Source of the DNA: an uncultured bacterium
GTDB lineage: Bacteria > Verrucomicrobiota > Kiritimatiellia > RFP12 > UBA1067
Direction of reading: 5' to 3'
Length of the DNA stretch: 64,000 nt
Assembly (NCBI GenBank): GCA_902800055.1
Contig: CADCCW010000011.1
Coordinates: forward strand, 2,270 to 66,269
The notes beneath the pieces were generated by a model. It was given only the letters and a program-made list of their open reading frames with translations. It was not told where the DNA came from and ran no database searches. Positions 25,664 to 36,288 of this stretch are shown here, in pieces (positions within the stretch are counted from its first letter, which is position 1; the number at the start of each line of letters is the position of its first letter). The position numbers were made by a program, and so were the translations under genes.

Positions 25664-26842
25664 ATGCGCAAGGCCAGACAGAGCGGAATCGAGCGCATAG
25701 AGAGCGCACTCGTCAAGATTATCCAGGAGAAGGGCGCCGACCTCGACCAGCCGTTTTCGGTGAGGATCCTGCTCGTGTTCCTCTCCGTGCTGAGCTTTGT
25801 CTTCGCTCTGGCGGTGGCGGCGCGCGATGGGCTCTACCGCATCGGCGTGCTGCGGCCCCATCCGCTCGGCATCCAGGTCATCTCCATCGGCAACGTAACC
25901 GCCGGCGGCACCGGCAAGACCCCGGTCACCGAGATCTTCGCCCGCACCCTCGCCGCAGAGGGCCGCAAGGTGGCCATCCTCTCGCGCGGCTACCGGCGCA
26001 AGGAGGCTCCGTGGTGGCGGCGCATCCTCACCGGCGTCGTCGACCCGCCGCTCGTCGTCTCCGACGGCCGCCGCGTGCTGCTCGACCCCGAGGTCGGCGG
26101 CGACGAGCCATACATGCTCGCCTCCAATCTGCCCGGTGTCGCGGTGGTGGTCGACCGCAATCGCGTCAAAGCCGGCCGCTACGCCATCAAGCGCCTCGGT
26201 TGCGACACGATCATCCTCGACGACGGCTTCCAGTACAAGCGGCTCAAGCACTCGATCGAGGTGCTGCTCGTGGACGCCACCAATCCGTTCGGCAACGGGC
26301 GGATGCTGCCGCGCGGCATCCTGCGCGAGCCGGCGCGCCACCTGAAGCGTGCCGACATCATCTTTCTCACCAAGTGCCGCGGCGACGTCTCCGAGGTGCG
26401 CGAGGAGATCCGCCGACTCAACCCGAAGGCCGAGATCGTCGAGTGCAACCACACGCCGAAGTCGCTCAAGGACGTTTGGAGCCGCGAGGAGTTTCCGCTT
26501 TCCTGGCTGGACGGCAAGACCGTTTGCACCCTATCCGGCATCGCCTCGCCGAAGGGTTTCGAGAACTCGTTGCGCCACCTCGGCTCGAAGGTGGTCTGGT
26601 GCGAGCGCTACGCCGACCACCACCGTTACGCGCCGTCCGAGGTTCTCTACGCACTCAACCGCACCGCCGACATGGGCGCGGACGCGCTGGTGACGACGGA
26701 GAAGGACGCGGTCAGGTTCCCGCGGCTAGAGACCTCGCCGGTCAAGTGTCTCTACCTGCGCATCGCAATCGAGATCATCTCCGGAGCCGAGAGCTTCGAC
26801 TCCGTCATCAACCGCATCTGCTTCCGCACCCAAAGAACATGA
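25664..26842 (+). CDS. lpxK: Tetraacyldisaccharide 4'-kinase
   Basis: [15 protein letters not shown] and ILSRGY. The start is placed at the first ATG after the lptD stop. Confidence 0.85.
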   Translation: MRKARQSGIERIESALVKIIQEKGADLDQPFSVRILLVFLSVLSFVFALAVAARDGLYRIGVLRPHPLGIQVISIGNVTAGGTGKTPVTEIFARTLAAEGRKVAILSRGYRRKEAPWWRRILTGVVDPPLVVSDGRRVLLDPEVGGDEPYMLASNLPGVAVVVDRNRVKAGRYAIKRLGCDTIILDDGFQYKRLKHSIEVLLVDATNPFGNGRMLPRGILREPARHLKRADIIFLTKCRGDVSEVREEIRRLNPKAEIVECNHTPKSLKDVWSREEFPLSWLDGKTVCTLSGIASPKGFENSLRHLGSKVVWCERYADHHRYAPSEVLYALNRTADMGADALVTTEKDAVRFPRLETSPVKCLYLRIAIEIISGAESFDSVINRICFRTQRT

Positions 26843-26854
26843 CGACTCGCGATT

Positions 26855-26863
26855 TGGTATAAT
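26855..26863 (+). promoter_or_regulatory. Extended -10 box TGGTATAAT, 8 nt upstream of the ATG at 26872
   Basis: Exact motif in gatttggtataatactcatcaATG. Confidence 0.6.
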
Positions 26864-26871
26864 ACTCATCA

Positions 26872-28797
26872 ATGATTTCCTGGCAAATAGTACCTTCGCT
26901 TGTGCTGGCGGCGCTGACAGTGGCGCCGTCGGACAGGCTCGCCATGGCCGACCGGCTCTTCAACCGCGGCGACTACGCGGCCGCGCGGCGCGAGTACCTG
27001 GCGCTCAAGGGCGAGAAGGGGGTCGACGAGGCCGACGTCCTCTACCGGCTCGCGGCGGCGTCCGAGGGGATGAAGGACGCGAAGGCCGTCCGCGCCGACG
27101 CCGACGCCTTCCTCGCCAAGTTCGCCGCCCACCGGCTCGCCGACCGCGTGCGGCTCATGCGCGCACTCGTCTGCGAGGGCGAGGAGCGGCGCAAGGAGCT
27201 GAGGATGCTCGACCGCGACGACGCCGATCCGTCGCTCCGCGCCGAGGCGCTCTTCCACCTCGCGAGGATGTCCAATGACGCCGCGCTCTACGAACGCTGC
27301 CGCAAGCTCGACCCGAAGGGGCGCTTCGCCGCCTACGCCTCGTTCTACCACGCCTCCGCCGCGCTGGAGAGCGCCGACGCCGCGGCGCGACGCCGCGGGC
27401 TCGCGGAGCTGATGGAGATCGTCTACGGCAAGGACGCCGCGCTCGCCAAAGACGCGCTCTACCTTGCCGCGGTGCACAGCTACCGCGAGGCGAAGTACGG
27501 CGAAAGCGCCGCGCTGCTGAAGCGCTACCAGAAGCTGCATCCCGGCGACGCGCGCCTTGCTGAGGTGAGGCGGCTTGCCGCGCTCAGCGAGCTCATGGGC
27601 GGACACTACGCCGCCGCGCTTGTCTGCTGCACTGACGACAAGGACGATACCCTCGTCTTTGTGAAGGCCACCGCCAACGAGCGCATGGGCAACCGCGACG
27701 AGGCGCTTGCGCTGGCACGGAAGTACCTCGAGGAGTTTCCGCAGGGACGCCACCGCGACGCGATGGAGCTGGAGCGCGCGAGGATGGAGTTCGACGCCGC
27801 GGCGAAGTCCGGCGACAAGGCGAAGGCGCTCGACGCGGCGAAGCGAGCCGTCGCCTTCGGCAAGGGCGCGGTTGCGTCCGACCGGCTCCGCTATGCCTGG
27901 GCGCTCGAGCTCGCAGGCGAGGCGGAGAAGGCCGAGGCGGAGTACGCGTCGGTGGCGAAGGACTTTCCCGGCAAGGGCGACGCGGCAGAGGCGATGTACC
28001 GGCGGGCAATGTCGCTCCTCAGGCACGAGCAGTGGGCGGCAGCTGAGCTTTCGCTCGCCGAGGCGCTTGCATCCGGAATCGACGGCGAGAGGCGCGCGCT
28101 TGCGCTCTACTGGCGCGGCGTGGCGTCTGTGAGGTCCGGCCACGCGGTCGAGGGGGTGGCACTGCTGAAGGACGCGGTCAAGGCTGGGCTGCCGCTAGAC
28201 GAGTCGCGCGAGGCGCGGCTGATGATCGCCGACGCCGACTTCAACGCCGGACGCACCGACGAGGCCAAGGCGGCGTACAAGGAGCTGATCGGCCAGGGCG
28301 CGCTCGAGCGGATGGGCGCGGCGAAGACTTTGTCGGTCGGCAAGCTGCTCGGCGGCGAGGAGGCGAGGCTCTGTGCGCAGTCGCTGGTGAAGAGCGACTC
28401 CGCCGAGTGGCGCCAGGCAGGCTACGCGCTGCTCGGCTCGGTGGAGGAGGAGGCCGGCGCATACGGCGCCGCGGTCTACGCCTATTCCAAGGCGATGGAG
28501 GAGAAGTGCTCCACCGAGTCGCTCGCCAGGGTGGCGCTGCGGCTCGGGGTGCTCGAGTCGCGCGGCGGCGACCCGGTCAAGGCCGAGGCGGCGCTGAAGC
28601 GCGCGGTGGAGCTGAACGCCAAGGACCAGTCCGCGCGCGCCGAGGCGTACCTCGCGCTCGCCGAGGCCGCGCTCCAGCGGCGTGACGTCGAGAAGGCCCG
28701 CGGCTACGCGACGGTGGTGACCACGCTTTTCGAAAGCTCGCCGTTCGCGAAACGGGCCGAGGAGATCCTCAAGTCTAATCTGGAGGAGGTGCAATGA
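26872..28797 (+). CDS. TPR-repeat protein with N-terminal signal/anchor
   Basis: 641 aa of Ala/Leu/Arg-rich helical repeats (AEALFHLA, EAMYRRAMSLL, AEAYLALAEAAL). Confidence 0.6.
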   Translation: MISWQIVPSLVLAALTVAPSDRLAMADRLFNRGDYAAARREYLALKGEKGVDEADVLYRLAAASEGMKDAKAVRADADAFLAKFAAHRLADRVRLMRALVCEGEERRKELRMLDRDDADPSLRAEALFHLARMSNDAALYERCRKLDPKGRFAAYASFYHASAALESADAAARRRGLAELMEIVYGKDAALAKDALYLAAVHSYREAKYGESAALLKRYQKLHPGDARLAEVRRLAALSELMGGHYAAALVCCTDDKDDTLVFVKATANERMGNRDEALALARKYLEEFPQGRHRDAMELERARMEFDAAAKSGDKAKALDAAKRAVAFGKGAVASDRLRYAWALELAGEAEKAEAEYASVAKDFPGKGDAAEAMYRRAMSLLRHEQWAAAELSLAEALASGIDGERRALALYWRGVASVRSGHAVEGVALLKDAVKAGLPLDESREARLMIADADFNAGRTDEAKAAYKELIGQGALERMGAAKTLSVGKLLGGEEARLCAQSLVKSDSAEWRQAGYALLGSVEEEAGAYGAAVYAYSKAMEEKCSTESLARVALRLGVLESRGGDPVKAEAALKRAVELNAKDQSARAEAYLALAEAALQRRDVEKARGYATVVTTLFESSPFAKRAEEILKSNLEEVQ

Positions 28798-30422
28798 AGG
28801 GCGGCGGTTTTTCGCTGGACATCATTATCGCCGCGCTGATCGTCTCCGCGGCGCTTCACGCCGGGCTCATGTTCTGGGTGCGTCCGCAGGTGATGACCCA
28901 TTCGACGATCCAGCGCCGGGCGGCCAAGCGCGGCCCGATGCGGGTCGTCAAGGCCGAGGCGCCGCCGGAGCCGGTGCGCTTCGAGGCGGTGGAGGACCTC
29001 GCCGCGGAGAAGTCCGCGCCCGAGGCCGCCGAGGCCACGGCCTCGCTGCCGGCGGCAGAGGCCGCGTCGCCGTCCGAGGGCGAGCGCATCGCCGTGCCGA
29101 AGCCCGAGCTGCCGCCCGAGGTACTCGTCCGCACCGTTCCCGAGGGCTCCCGCGAGCTCCCCGAGGCCGCGGCGGAAGATGACTTCTCCGCTCCCGCCGC
29201 GCCGCCGAAGATGGCGATGGAGAGCCCGAAGCTCGCGCCAGTGGCAGAAGCGCCGGCGCCGTCTTCGCTGGGCGTGGCGCTGCCCTCCGCGCCGGTGTTC
29301 GAGGCACCGGTCTTCTCGTCCGCCGCCGTCGTGGCGCCGGGCGCCGTCGCGAAGATCGACGCCGGGGAGAAGGACGAAGGCGCCGAATCCGGCGAGGACG
29401 CCTCCGACGCGGTGATGCCGAAGGTGGACGAGGCGGTGGTGGAGAAGGAGAAGGAGGCGGTGCGTTCGCTCGTCGACGCCGAGGATGCGAAGGAGATGAA
29501 TTCCGTCGTCAGGGCATCGGTTGAGAGCGGCGTCGACGGCGGCTGGCGCTACTTCAAGGTGAAGCTTGATCCGTCCGAGTCGCTGGAGACGGTGCCGAAG
29601 GACCTCGTGGTGCTGATCGACGCGTCCGGCTCGATCGGCAAGGACCGCATGGGCTCCATCCGCGGCGCGGCGAAGCGGATCCTGCGCTCGGCCGCCAACA
29701 CCGGCGACCGCTTCAACCTCGTCGCCTTCCGCGACCGCTACTCCTACGCGTTCAAGTCCTGGCAGGACTTCAACACCGCGACCTTCGACGCCGCCGACCG
29801 CTGGCTCAACGGCGTCGCGCCTTACGGCCGCACCGACGTCTTCCGCACCATCTCCTCGGTGCTCACCTTGCCGCGCGACCCTAAGCGCCCGCTCGTCGCG
29901 CTCGTCGTCACCGACGGCGACGCCAACGCCGGCGTGAGCGACACCGCCTCGATCCTCTCGCGCTTCACCGCGCTCAACGACGGGCTGGTGAGCGTCTACA
30001 TGTACGGCGTGAAGGAGTCCGCCAACCGCGAGCTCATCGACGTCCTCACCCGCGGCAACCGCGGCGAGAGTTTCATCTTCGAGGGCTCGCGCTTCCGCGC
30101 CGGCGAGGGGCTGGAGGCGCTTTCGGAGCGCTTCCGCGACCCGGTGCTGAGCGACCTCAGACTCGTCTTCGCCTCCGACTCGCGCGCCGAGGCGTATCCG
30201 CGGCTGCTGCGCAACCTCTACCGCGGGCGCGGCGTGGAGCTGGTGGGGCGCGTGCCGGTGGACGAGAAGAAGGTCTCGTTTTCGCTCAAGGGCCTCAACG
30301 GGCAGCAGGCGTTCGAGAGCTACTTCTCGCTCGACATCGGCAAGGACGGCGGGAAAGGCGCGGCGCTGGCCGGCGAATGGCGCGCGGAGAGGGCGGTGGA
30401 GGACCGCTTCCGCGGCAAATAG
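28794..30422 (+). CDS. Membrane-anchored von Willebrand factor type A (VWA) domain protein with a Pro/Ala/Glu-rich linker
   Basis: N-terminal TM IIIAALIVSAALHAGLMF and MIDAS-type motif VVLIDASGSIG. ATGA overlap with the TPR gene. Confidence 0.7.
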   Translation: MKGGGFSLDIIIAALIVSAALHAGLMFWVRPQVMTHSTIQRRAAKRGPMRVVKAEAPPEPVRFEAVEDLAAEKSAPEAAEATASLPAAEAASPSEGERIAVPKPELPPEVLVRTVPEGSRELPEAAAEDDFSAPAAPPKMAMESPKLAPVAEAPAPSSLGVALPSAPVFEAPVFSSAAVVAPGAVAKIDAGEKDEGAESGEDASDAVMPKVDEAVVEKEKEAVRSLVDAEDAKEMNSVVRASVESGVDGGWRYFKVKLDPSESLETVPKDLVVLIDASGSIGKDRMGSIRGAAKRILRSAANTGDRFNLVAFRDRYSYAFKSWQDFNTATFDAADRWLNGVAPYGRTDVFRTISSVLTLPRDPKRPLVALVVTDGDANAGVSDTASILSRFTALNDGLVSVYMYGVKESANRELIDVLTRGNRGESFIFEGSRFRAGEGLEALSERFRDPVLSDLRLVFASDSRAEAYPRLLRNLYRGRGVELVGRVPVDEKKVSFSLKGLNGQQAFESYFSLDIGKDGGKGAALAGEWRAERAVEDRFRGK

Positions 30423-30458
30423 GGACTGCTAAACCACAGCGAGAAAGGGAAAACGTCA

Positions 30459-31706
30459 ATGAAGGCAAGACAGGCTATTATCTGGACGGTCGCGCTCGTC
30501 GTGGGCGCGGCGCTCGGCATGGTCGGCTGCGCCCCGCTCGACCGGTTCATGGACTTCGTGGCGTCGGCCTACACGCGCGCGTTCCAGTTCGTCGCGATTC
30601 CGACGGTCGCGCTTGCGATCCTCACCGCGATGGCCTCGCTGGGCGACGGCAACGCGATGGGCAAGGTGTTCGCGAAGACGTTCGCCTGCACCTGCCTCAC
30701 GTCGTTCGTCGCGGCGCTGGTGGGGCTCGGGCTCTTCATCGCGATCGACCCCGGGGCGCTCTCGCCCGACGCGATCTCGGCGGTTGGCGCCGACGCAGCG
30801 GAGAAGGTGAAGAGCCTCGCCGCCGCGCCGGACACGGTCTACGGGCACATCCTCGGCGCGATACCGAACAACCTGGTCAACCCGTTCCTCTCCGGCAACG
30901 TCCTCTCGATCGTGCTGATCGCCGCCGGCATGGGCGTCGCCATCGCCGTGCTCGGCAAGAAGAGCGAGAACGTGAAGGCGCTCCACCGCGCCGTCCTGGG
31001 GCTGCAGGAGGTGTTCTTCGGCCTCATCAAGGGCCTCATCTGGGCGCTGCCGGTCGGCATCGTGGCGTTCGCCGCCCAGCTGTCCGCCCAGATGTCGGCC
31101 GGCGTGGTGGCCGACTCGATCGGCAAGTACGTCCTGGTGGTGATCGGCGGCAACGTGATCCAGTTCTTCGTGGTGCTGCCGCTCTTCTGCTATCTGCGTG
31201 GGGTCAACGGCTACAAGGTGATGCGCCAGATGACGCCGGCGCTCCTAATGGCGCTCTTCACCAAGTCGTCCGCGGCGACGCTGCCGGTCACCGTCGCCAC
31301 CGCCGAGAAGAACATGAAGGCGAAGCCGTGGATCGCGCGATTCATCCTGCCGCTCTGCTGCACGATCAACATGAACGGCTGCGCCGCGTTCATCCTGGTG
31401 ACCTCGCTCTTCGTCATCCGCAGCTCGCCGGAGTGCGGCATCGCGCTCACGCTGCCGACGATGCTCGCGTGGTGCCTCATCGCCACCGTCTGCGCGATCG
31501 GCAACGCCGGCGTGCCGATGGGCTGCTACTTCCTGACGCTCTCGCTGATGGCCGGGGTCGGCGGCAACCTGATGATCCTCGGGGTGATCCTGCCGATCTA
31601 CACCATCATCGACATGATCGAGACGGCCGAGAACGTCTGGAGCGACTGCTGCATCTGCGCGGTCGTCGACAAATCTGAGAAAGACAAGGAGGCAAGGGAG
31701 TCATGA
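30459..31706 (+). CDS. Dicarboxylate/amino acid:cation symporter (DAACS) family transporter
   Basis: Polytopic, 415 aa, with the re-entrant loop pattern SSAATLPV and [12 protein letters not shown], analogous to the GltP/SstT motifs. Confidence 0.65.
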   Translation: MKARQAIIWTVALVVGAALGMVGCAPLDRFMDFVASAYTRAFQFVAIPTVALAILTAMASLGDGNAMGKVFAKTFACTCLTSFVAALVGLGLFIAIDPGALSPDAISAVGADAAEKVKSLAAAPDTVYGHILGAIPNNLVNPFLSGNVLSIVLIAAGMGVAIAVLGKKSENVKALHRAVLGLQEVFFGLIKGLIWALPVGIVAFAAQLSAQMSAGVVADSIGKYVLVVIGGNVIQFFVVLPLFCYLRGVNGYKVMRQMTPALLMALFTKSSAATLPVTVATAEKNMKAKPWIARFILPLCCTINMNGCAAFILVTSLFVIRSSPECGIALTLPTMLAWCLIATVCAIGNAGVPMGCYFLTLSLMAGVGGNLMILGVILPIYTIIDMIETAENVWSDCCICAVVDKSEKDKEARES

Positions 31707-32203
31707 GCGACAACAAACCGATGGTAGGCGTGGTGATGGGGTCCGATTCGGACTGGCCGCTGGTGCAGAAGGGCTGCGCCACCCTGGAGTCATTCGGCGT
31801 CCCCTACGAGACGCGCGTCATCTCGGCGCACCGCACGCCGGAGGAGGCTATCGCCTACTCCAAGGGCGCGGAGGCGCGCGGGATCAAGGTGATCATCGCC
31901 TGCGCCGGCGGCGCGGCGCACCTCGCCGGCGTCCTTGCCGCGGGAACTGTGCTGCCGGTCGTCGGCGTGCCGGTCGCGGGCGGGGCGCTCAACGGACTCG
32001 ACGCGCTCTACGCGACGGTGCAGATGCCTTCCGGCGTGCCGGTGGCGACGGTCGCCGTGGGCTCGGCGGGGCCGGTCAACGCGGCGCTCCTCGCGGTGCA
32101 GATCCTCGGCACCGCCGACCCCGCGCTGCGCGAGAAGTTCCGCGCCCACAAGGAGGCGCTCAAGTCCAAGGTCGCCGCGGCGAACGAAAGGATCCACGCA
32201 TGA
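31703..32203 (+). CDS. purE: N5-carboxyaminoimidazole ribonucleotide mutase
   Basis: [22 protein letters not shown] and [11 protein letters not shown]. Confidence 0.9.
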   Translation: MSDNKPMVGVVMGSDSDWPLVQKGCATLESFGVPYETRVISAHRTPEEAIAYSKGAEARGIKVIIACAGGAAHLAGVLAAGTVLPVVGVPVAGGALNGLDALYATVQMPSGVPVATVAVGSAGPVNAALLAVQILGTADPALREKFRAHKEALKSKVAAANERIHA

Positions 32204-33186
32204 AGAAGGCGCTGGTAACCGGCGGCGCCGGGTTCCTCGGCAGCCACCTCTCGGCGAGGCTCCTCGCCGACGGCTACGAGGTGACGGCGGTGGACAACCT
32301 CTTCACCGGCACCAAGGAGAACATCTATCCGCTCCTCGGCAACCCGCGCTTCTCGTTCGTCCTCCATGACGTCACCCAGCCGTTCTGGGGTCAGTTTGAC
32401 GAAATCTACAACCTCGCCTGCCCGGCGAGCCCGGTGCACTACCAGCACAACCCGGTCGAGACGCTCAAGAGCTCCGTCCTCGGCATGATGAACATGCTTG
32501 ACCTCGCGCTCAAGACCCAGGCGAAGGTGCTGCACACCTCGACGAGCGAGGTCTACGGCGACCCGCTCGTCCATCCGCAGGTGGAGAGCTACTGGGGCAA
32601 CGTCAACACCATCGGCGTGCGCAGCTGCTACGACGAGGGCAAGCGCTGCGCCGAGACGCTCGCGGCCGACTACCGCCGCGCGCACGGCGTGGACGTGAGG
32701 ATGGTGAGGATCTTCAACACCTACGGGCCCAACATGCACCCGGAGGACGGCAGGGTGATCTCCAACTTCATCCTCCAGGCGCTGCGCGACGAGGACATCA
32801 CCATCTACGGCGACGGCGCGCAGACGCGCTCGTTCCAGTACTGCGACGACCTCGTCGAGGCGATGCGCCGCTACATGGATCTGCCGCGGAGCCGGATCGA
32901 CGAGTTCTTTGCCGCGAAGAAGCTCGGCGCGCCTGTCCTCAACACCGGCAATCCCGGCGAGTACACGATCCGCGAACTCGCGGAGGAGACGCTTCGCCAG
33001 CTCCCCGAATCGAAGTCGAAGCTGGTGTTCCGCCCGCTTCCGGCCGACGACCCCAGGCGGCGGCGCCCCGACATCACGCTCGCCAAGGAGCTGCTCGGCT
33101 GGGAGCCGAAGGTGCCGCTCGCCGATGGCCTTGCCAAGACGATCGAGTACTTCCGCTCTCGCGAGATGTCACGCGGCAAGCGCTGA
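32200..33186 (+). CDS. UDP-glucuronate decarboxylase (UDP-xylose synthase-like SDR)
   Basis: [23 protein letters not shown] and [10 protein letters not shown] (YxxxK). Confidence 0.8.
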   Translation: MKKALVTGGAGFLGSHLSARLLADGYEVTAVDNLFTGTKENIYPLLGNPRFSFVLHDVTQPFWGQFDEIYNLACPASPVHYQHNPVETLKSSVLGMMNMLDLALKTQAKVLHTSTSEVYGDPLVHPQVESYWGNVNTIGVRSCYDEGKRCAETLAADYRRAHGVDVRMVRIFNTYGPNMHPEDGRVISNFILQALRDEDITIYGDGAQTRSFQYCDDLVEAMRRYMDLPRSRIDEFFAAKKLGAPVLNTGNPGEYTIRELAEETLRQLPESKSKLVFRPLPADDPRRRRPDITLAKELLGWEPKVPLADGLAKTIEYFRSREMSRGKR

Positions 33187-33200
33187 CGCCGTCGGAGGCG

Positions 33201-34097
33201 ATGGCTTTTGAGAAGCGAGCGTACCTGATCGACATCACCCGCCGTGCGCCGACGACGCGGGCGATGCGGTTCGTCGTCGACCTCCTCGCCGGCTGCGGCT
33301 ACAACGAGCTCTTCGTCCACCGCGGCGAATTCAGCTCCGGCTTCGAGGACGACCCTCCCGCGCTCGAGGATCCGCGGCGGCTGGCGGCCTACTGCGAGAT
33401 GCAGGGGATCAAGCTCGTCGAGATCGACCCCGACGGCTACGACCGCCTCCTGCTCGCCGGCGACACGGTGGCTGTCTCCACCGAGTCGCCGCGATCGCTC
33501 GCGGGCCGCGTGGAGGAAATGCGCGAGCGCATGGGCCGCGCCGAGGAGGCGGCCCGTCTCCGCAAGGCGCGGCGGTTCCTCGTCACCGACTTCGCCGACG
33601 AGTGCGCCTGGCAGCCGCTCGCCGCCTCGCTCCCCGGGATCATCCTCGGCGGCAACTTCGCGAGCGACGGACGCAAGGCGGCGAAGATGGACCTCGAGCG
33701 CGAGCTCGACCGGGTGCTGGACGCGCCGCTCGGCGGACTCCTCCTCAAGCTCGGCACCCTGTATCTGCGCGGCGGCGCGGTGCGGGACGACTCCTCCGAG
33801 TTCTTCAACATCCTTGCGAACGAAATCGGCTACTCGCGCCATCCCGGCATCACCGAGACGGTGCTCGAGGACGTAGGCGGAGTCGCGCGCGGCGTGCGCG
33901 TCGCCGCGGAGCGCTGGACCGACCGCAGCGACTGGGCCAAGGAGATCGTCCACATGGCGAACCTCCTCGACGCCGCCTGCCACCGCCGCGACGAGCGGCG
34001 ACTCCGCGCGCTCCGCGACGAGCACGGCCGCGTCTGGGCGCTCAGGTTTCGGCCCGAAGGCCGCGTCGAGTCGCTCTCCCGCCTCCCCCGCTTCTAG
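33201..34097 (+). CDS. Hypothetical protein; the N-terminus is faintly GH20-like (TIM-barrel start)
   Basis: GGAGG RBS and native composition. KRAYLIDITRRAPTTRAMRFVVDLLAGCGYNELFVH resembles the hexosaminidase RGxxLDxxR...N.LHxH pattern only weakly. Confidence 0.5.
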   Translation: MAFEKRAYLIDITRRAPTTRAMRFVVDLLAGCGYNELFVHRGEFSSGFEDDPPALEDPRRLAAYCEMQGIKLVEIDPDGYDRLLLAGDTVAVSTESPRSLAGRVEEMRERMGRAEEAARLRKARRFLVTDFADECAWQPLAASLPGIILGGNFASDGRKAAKMDLERELDRVLDAPLGGLLLKLGTLYLRGGAVRDDSSEFFNILANEIGYSRHPGITETVLEDVGGVARGVRVAAERWTDRSDWAKEIVHMANLLDAACHRRDERRLRALRDEHGRVWALRFRPEGRVESLSRLPRF

Positions 34098-34129
34098 CCA
34101 CAAACCGCGGCGTTGCTGCTCTCGTGGAT

Positions 34130-34138
34130 TTGGTATAA
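34130..34138 (+). promoter_or_regulatory. Extended -10 box TGGTATAAT, about 8 nt upstream of the ATG at 34147
   Basis: Exact motif; coordinates are +/-1. Confidence 0.6.
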
Positions 34139-34146
34139 TACACGGC

Positions 34147-35529
34147 ATGAACATCCAGAGACGCGAATTCATCCGGGCTGGCGGGATGCTGGCGATCGTC
34201 GGCGCGGGCGGCCGCGCAGTGGCGGCCGAGGGCGCCGCGGAAGAGAAGGGGACAGTCCCCGCCGCCGAGGGCGCCGCGCCGGCGAAGCTCATCGTCTCGC
34301 CGCCGGTGCTGCAGAACGCCGCCGAGACTTCGATTGGGGTCGGCTTCGCCGTCTCCGCGATGGCGAACGGATACGTGAAGATCTCGTCGTCGCCGGACAT
34401 GAAGGACGCGCGGCTCGTTAAGTGCGGCGGCTACCGGGTGACGGGGATGGACGACAAGTTCATCCTGGTGCGGCTTACCGGACTCGACCCCGCGACGACC
34501 TACTACTACACCATCGGCGCCGACCGCATCGACTACCAGCACGGCTACTCGATGAAGATCGTCGGCAGCGAGGAGGACCCGCGCGTCTACTCTTTCCGCA
34601 CGCTGGGCGCCGCGGCGCTTTCGAGCTTCTGCGTCGTCAACGACACCCACTGCCGGCCGGAGGCGTTCGGTCCGGCGGTGGACAAGATCGCGGAGCTCGC
34701 GCCGAGCTGCGTGGTCTGGGACGGCGACGCCTGCAACTCGCACGAGACCTTCGAGTCGCTGCTGCCGGTGTTCTACACCCCGGAGATTGCCAGGGTCGAC
34801 TACGCCGCGTGCCAGCCGTACCTGTTCGTCCCCGGCAACCACGACTACCGCGGGCTAGCCGCGCGGCACCTCGAGAGGGCGATGATGTTCCGCGAGATGG
34901 AGGAGCGTCCGCCGCGGTTCTGGGACCTCGGGCGCAACTTCGCGGTGCGCTGCGGCGACATCGCGCTCATCGGGCTCGACACCGGCGAGGACAAGCTCGA
35001 CACGCGTCCGTCGCAGGCGGGGCTCTTCAACTTCGCGCCCTACCGGCTGGCGCAGCGCGACTGGCTCGCCGAGGTGCTGGAGCGGCCGGACGTCAAGTCC
35101 GCGCCGTTCGTCGTGGCGTTCTGCCACATTCCGCTCCACGACGACAACCCGCACGCCCATCCCGGCGACGTGGAGGGGAACGGCGACGGCAAGTACTGGC
35201 ACGACTTCGCGCTCTGGCAGCGCACCTGCCGCAACCTCTGGGGTCCGCTCTTCGCGAAGCACGGGGTGCAGGCAGTCATCTGCGCCCACCAGCACCGCTA
35301 CCGCTACGACGCGCCGACGGAGGACCGTCCCTGGGCGCATTTCGTGGGCGGCGGGCCGACGTTCGGTCCCCAGAAGAAGGCCGACGGCACGGTGACGGAG
35401 GATCCGAGCCGCTTCCCGACGGTGATCGAGGGCAAGGTGGAGGACGGCAAGCTGCGGATAACCGCGCACGACCTCTACCACCGCACCATCGCCGGCTCCT
35501 ACCTCTTCCCGCCTCGCACCCACCCATAA
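34147..35529 (+). CDS. Tat-exported metallophosphoesterase (calcineurin-like / purple-acid-phosphatase-like)
   Basis: Twin-arginine signal MNIQRREFIRAGG, plus PGNHDY, GLDTGEDK and FCHIPLH. Confidence 0.7.
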   Translation: MNIQRREFIRAGGMLAIVGAGGRAVAAEGAAEEKGTVPAAEGAAPAKLIVSPPVLQNAAETSIGVGFAVSAMANGYVKISSSPDMKDARLVKCGGYRVTGMDDKFILVRLTGLDPATTYYYTIGADRIDYQHGYSMKIVGSEEDPRVYSFRTLGAAALSSFCVVNDTHCRPEAFGPAVDKIAELAPSCVVWDGDACNSHETFESLLPVFYTPEIARVDYAACQPYLFVPGNHDYRGLAARHLERAMMFREMEERPPRFWDLGRNFAVRCGDIALIGLDTGEDKLDTRPSQAGLFNFAPYRLAQRDWLAEVLERPDVKSAPFVVAFCHIPLHDDNPHAHPGDVEGNGDGKYWHDFALWQRTCRNLWGPLFAKHGVQAVICAHQHRYRYDAPTEDRPWAHFVGGGPTFGPQKKADGTVTEDPSRFPTVIEGKVEDGKLRITAHDLYHRTIAGSYLFPPRTHP

Positions 35530-35546
35530 CCCCCCGCGGCAGTTTG

Positions 35547-35574
35547 AACGAGACACGAACCACGAACCACGATC
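35547..35574. repeat. Tandem CACGAAC heptamers immediately upstream of the tetR promoter
   Basis: aacgaga CACGAAC CACGAAC CACGATC; the same unit occurs at 13193-13220. Confidence 0.7.
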
Positions 35575-35587
35575 TTGAAGCACCCCC

Positions 35588-35617
35588 TTGACATACATAC
35601 CGGAAAGTATGTATAAT
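35588..35617 (+). promoter_or_regulatory. Sigma70-type promoter (TTGACA-18-TATAAT) with an embedded 8-6-8 inverted repeat, the candidate TetR operator
   Basis: TTGACA at 35588-35593 and TATAAT at 35612-35617. ATACATAC (35593-35600), cggaaa, GTATGTAT (35607-35614) form a perfect palindrome. The ATG lies 11 nt after the -10. Confidence 0.6.
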
Positions 35618-35628
35618 ACGCGCCAACT

Positions 35629-36288
35629 ATGTCGAAGAAGACGAAAGAGGAGGCGGAGAAGACGCGGCGGCGCATTCTTGCGAGCGCCCTGGCGCTGTTT
35701 TCCAGCCGCGGCTACGACCGCACCACCTTCAACGACATCGCCGCGCGGCTGAAGCTGACGAAAGGGGCGATATACTGGCACTTCGAGTCGAAGGAGTCGG
35801 TTCTGATCGAGCTGGTAAGGCTGGCACTCGAGAAGTTTCGCCGGCAGATCGAGAGCGTGATGCCGGAAGGGGAACTGTCATTCCCGCTGGTGGCGGAGAT
35901 GATGGTGAAGAACGCGGCGATCGTCGTGGGCGACCCGAAGGCGGCGGCGTTCTTCCGGCTGATGAAGTGCCAGATCTGCTGGGAGAAGAAGTCCATGTCC
36001 GAAGTGCGGGCGGACCTCCTGAACAACGCGGCGTTCGGTCCCAAGGAGGCGTTCCGCGAGGCGATCGCGAACGACGTGCGCCGCGGCAGGGGGCGCGAGG
36101 GGGTGGACGCCGAGCAGATCTCGACCGTGGCGGTGGCGCTGTGGGACGGCCTCGTGCAGATGCGGCTCGAGCATTTCCTCGGCTGCGACCTCGAGGACAC
36201 GCTGCGGAAGTCCTACGAGGCGATATGGCTCGACATTTCAGGCAGAAGAATGTCAATTGAAAGCAACAAGGAGGACAAATCCAAATGA
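35629..36288 (+). CDS. TetR/AcrR-family transcriptional repressor
   Basis: RRRILASALALFSSRGYDRTTFNDIAARLKLTKGAIYWHF, a canonical TetR HTH. Confidence 0.85.
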   Translation: MSKKTKEEAEKTRRRILASALALFSSRGYDRTTFNDIAARLKLTKGAIYWHFESKESVLIELVRLALEKFRRQIESVMPEGELSFPLVAEMMVKNAAIVVGDPKAAAFFRLMKCQICWEKKSMSEVRADLLNNAAFGPKEAFREAIANDVRRGRGREGVDAEQISTVAVALWDGLVQMRLEHFLGCDLEDTLRKSYEAIWLDISGRRMSIESNKEDKSK

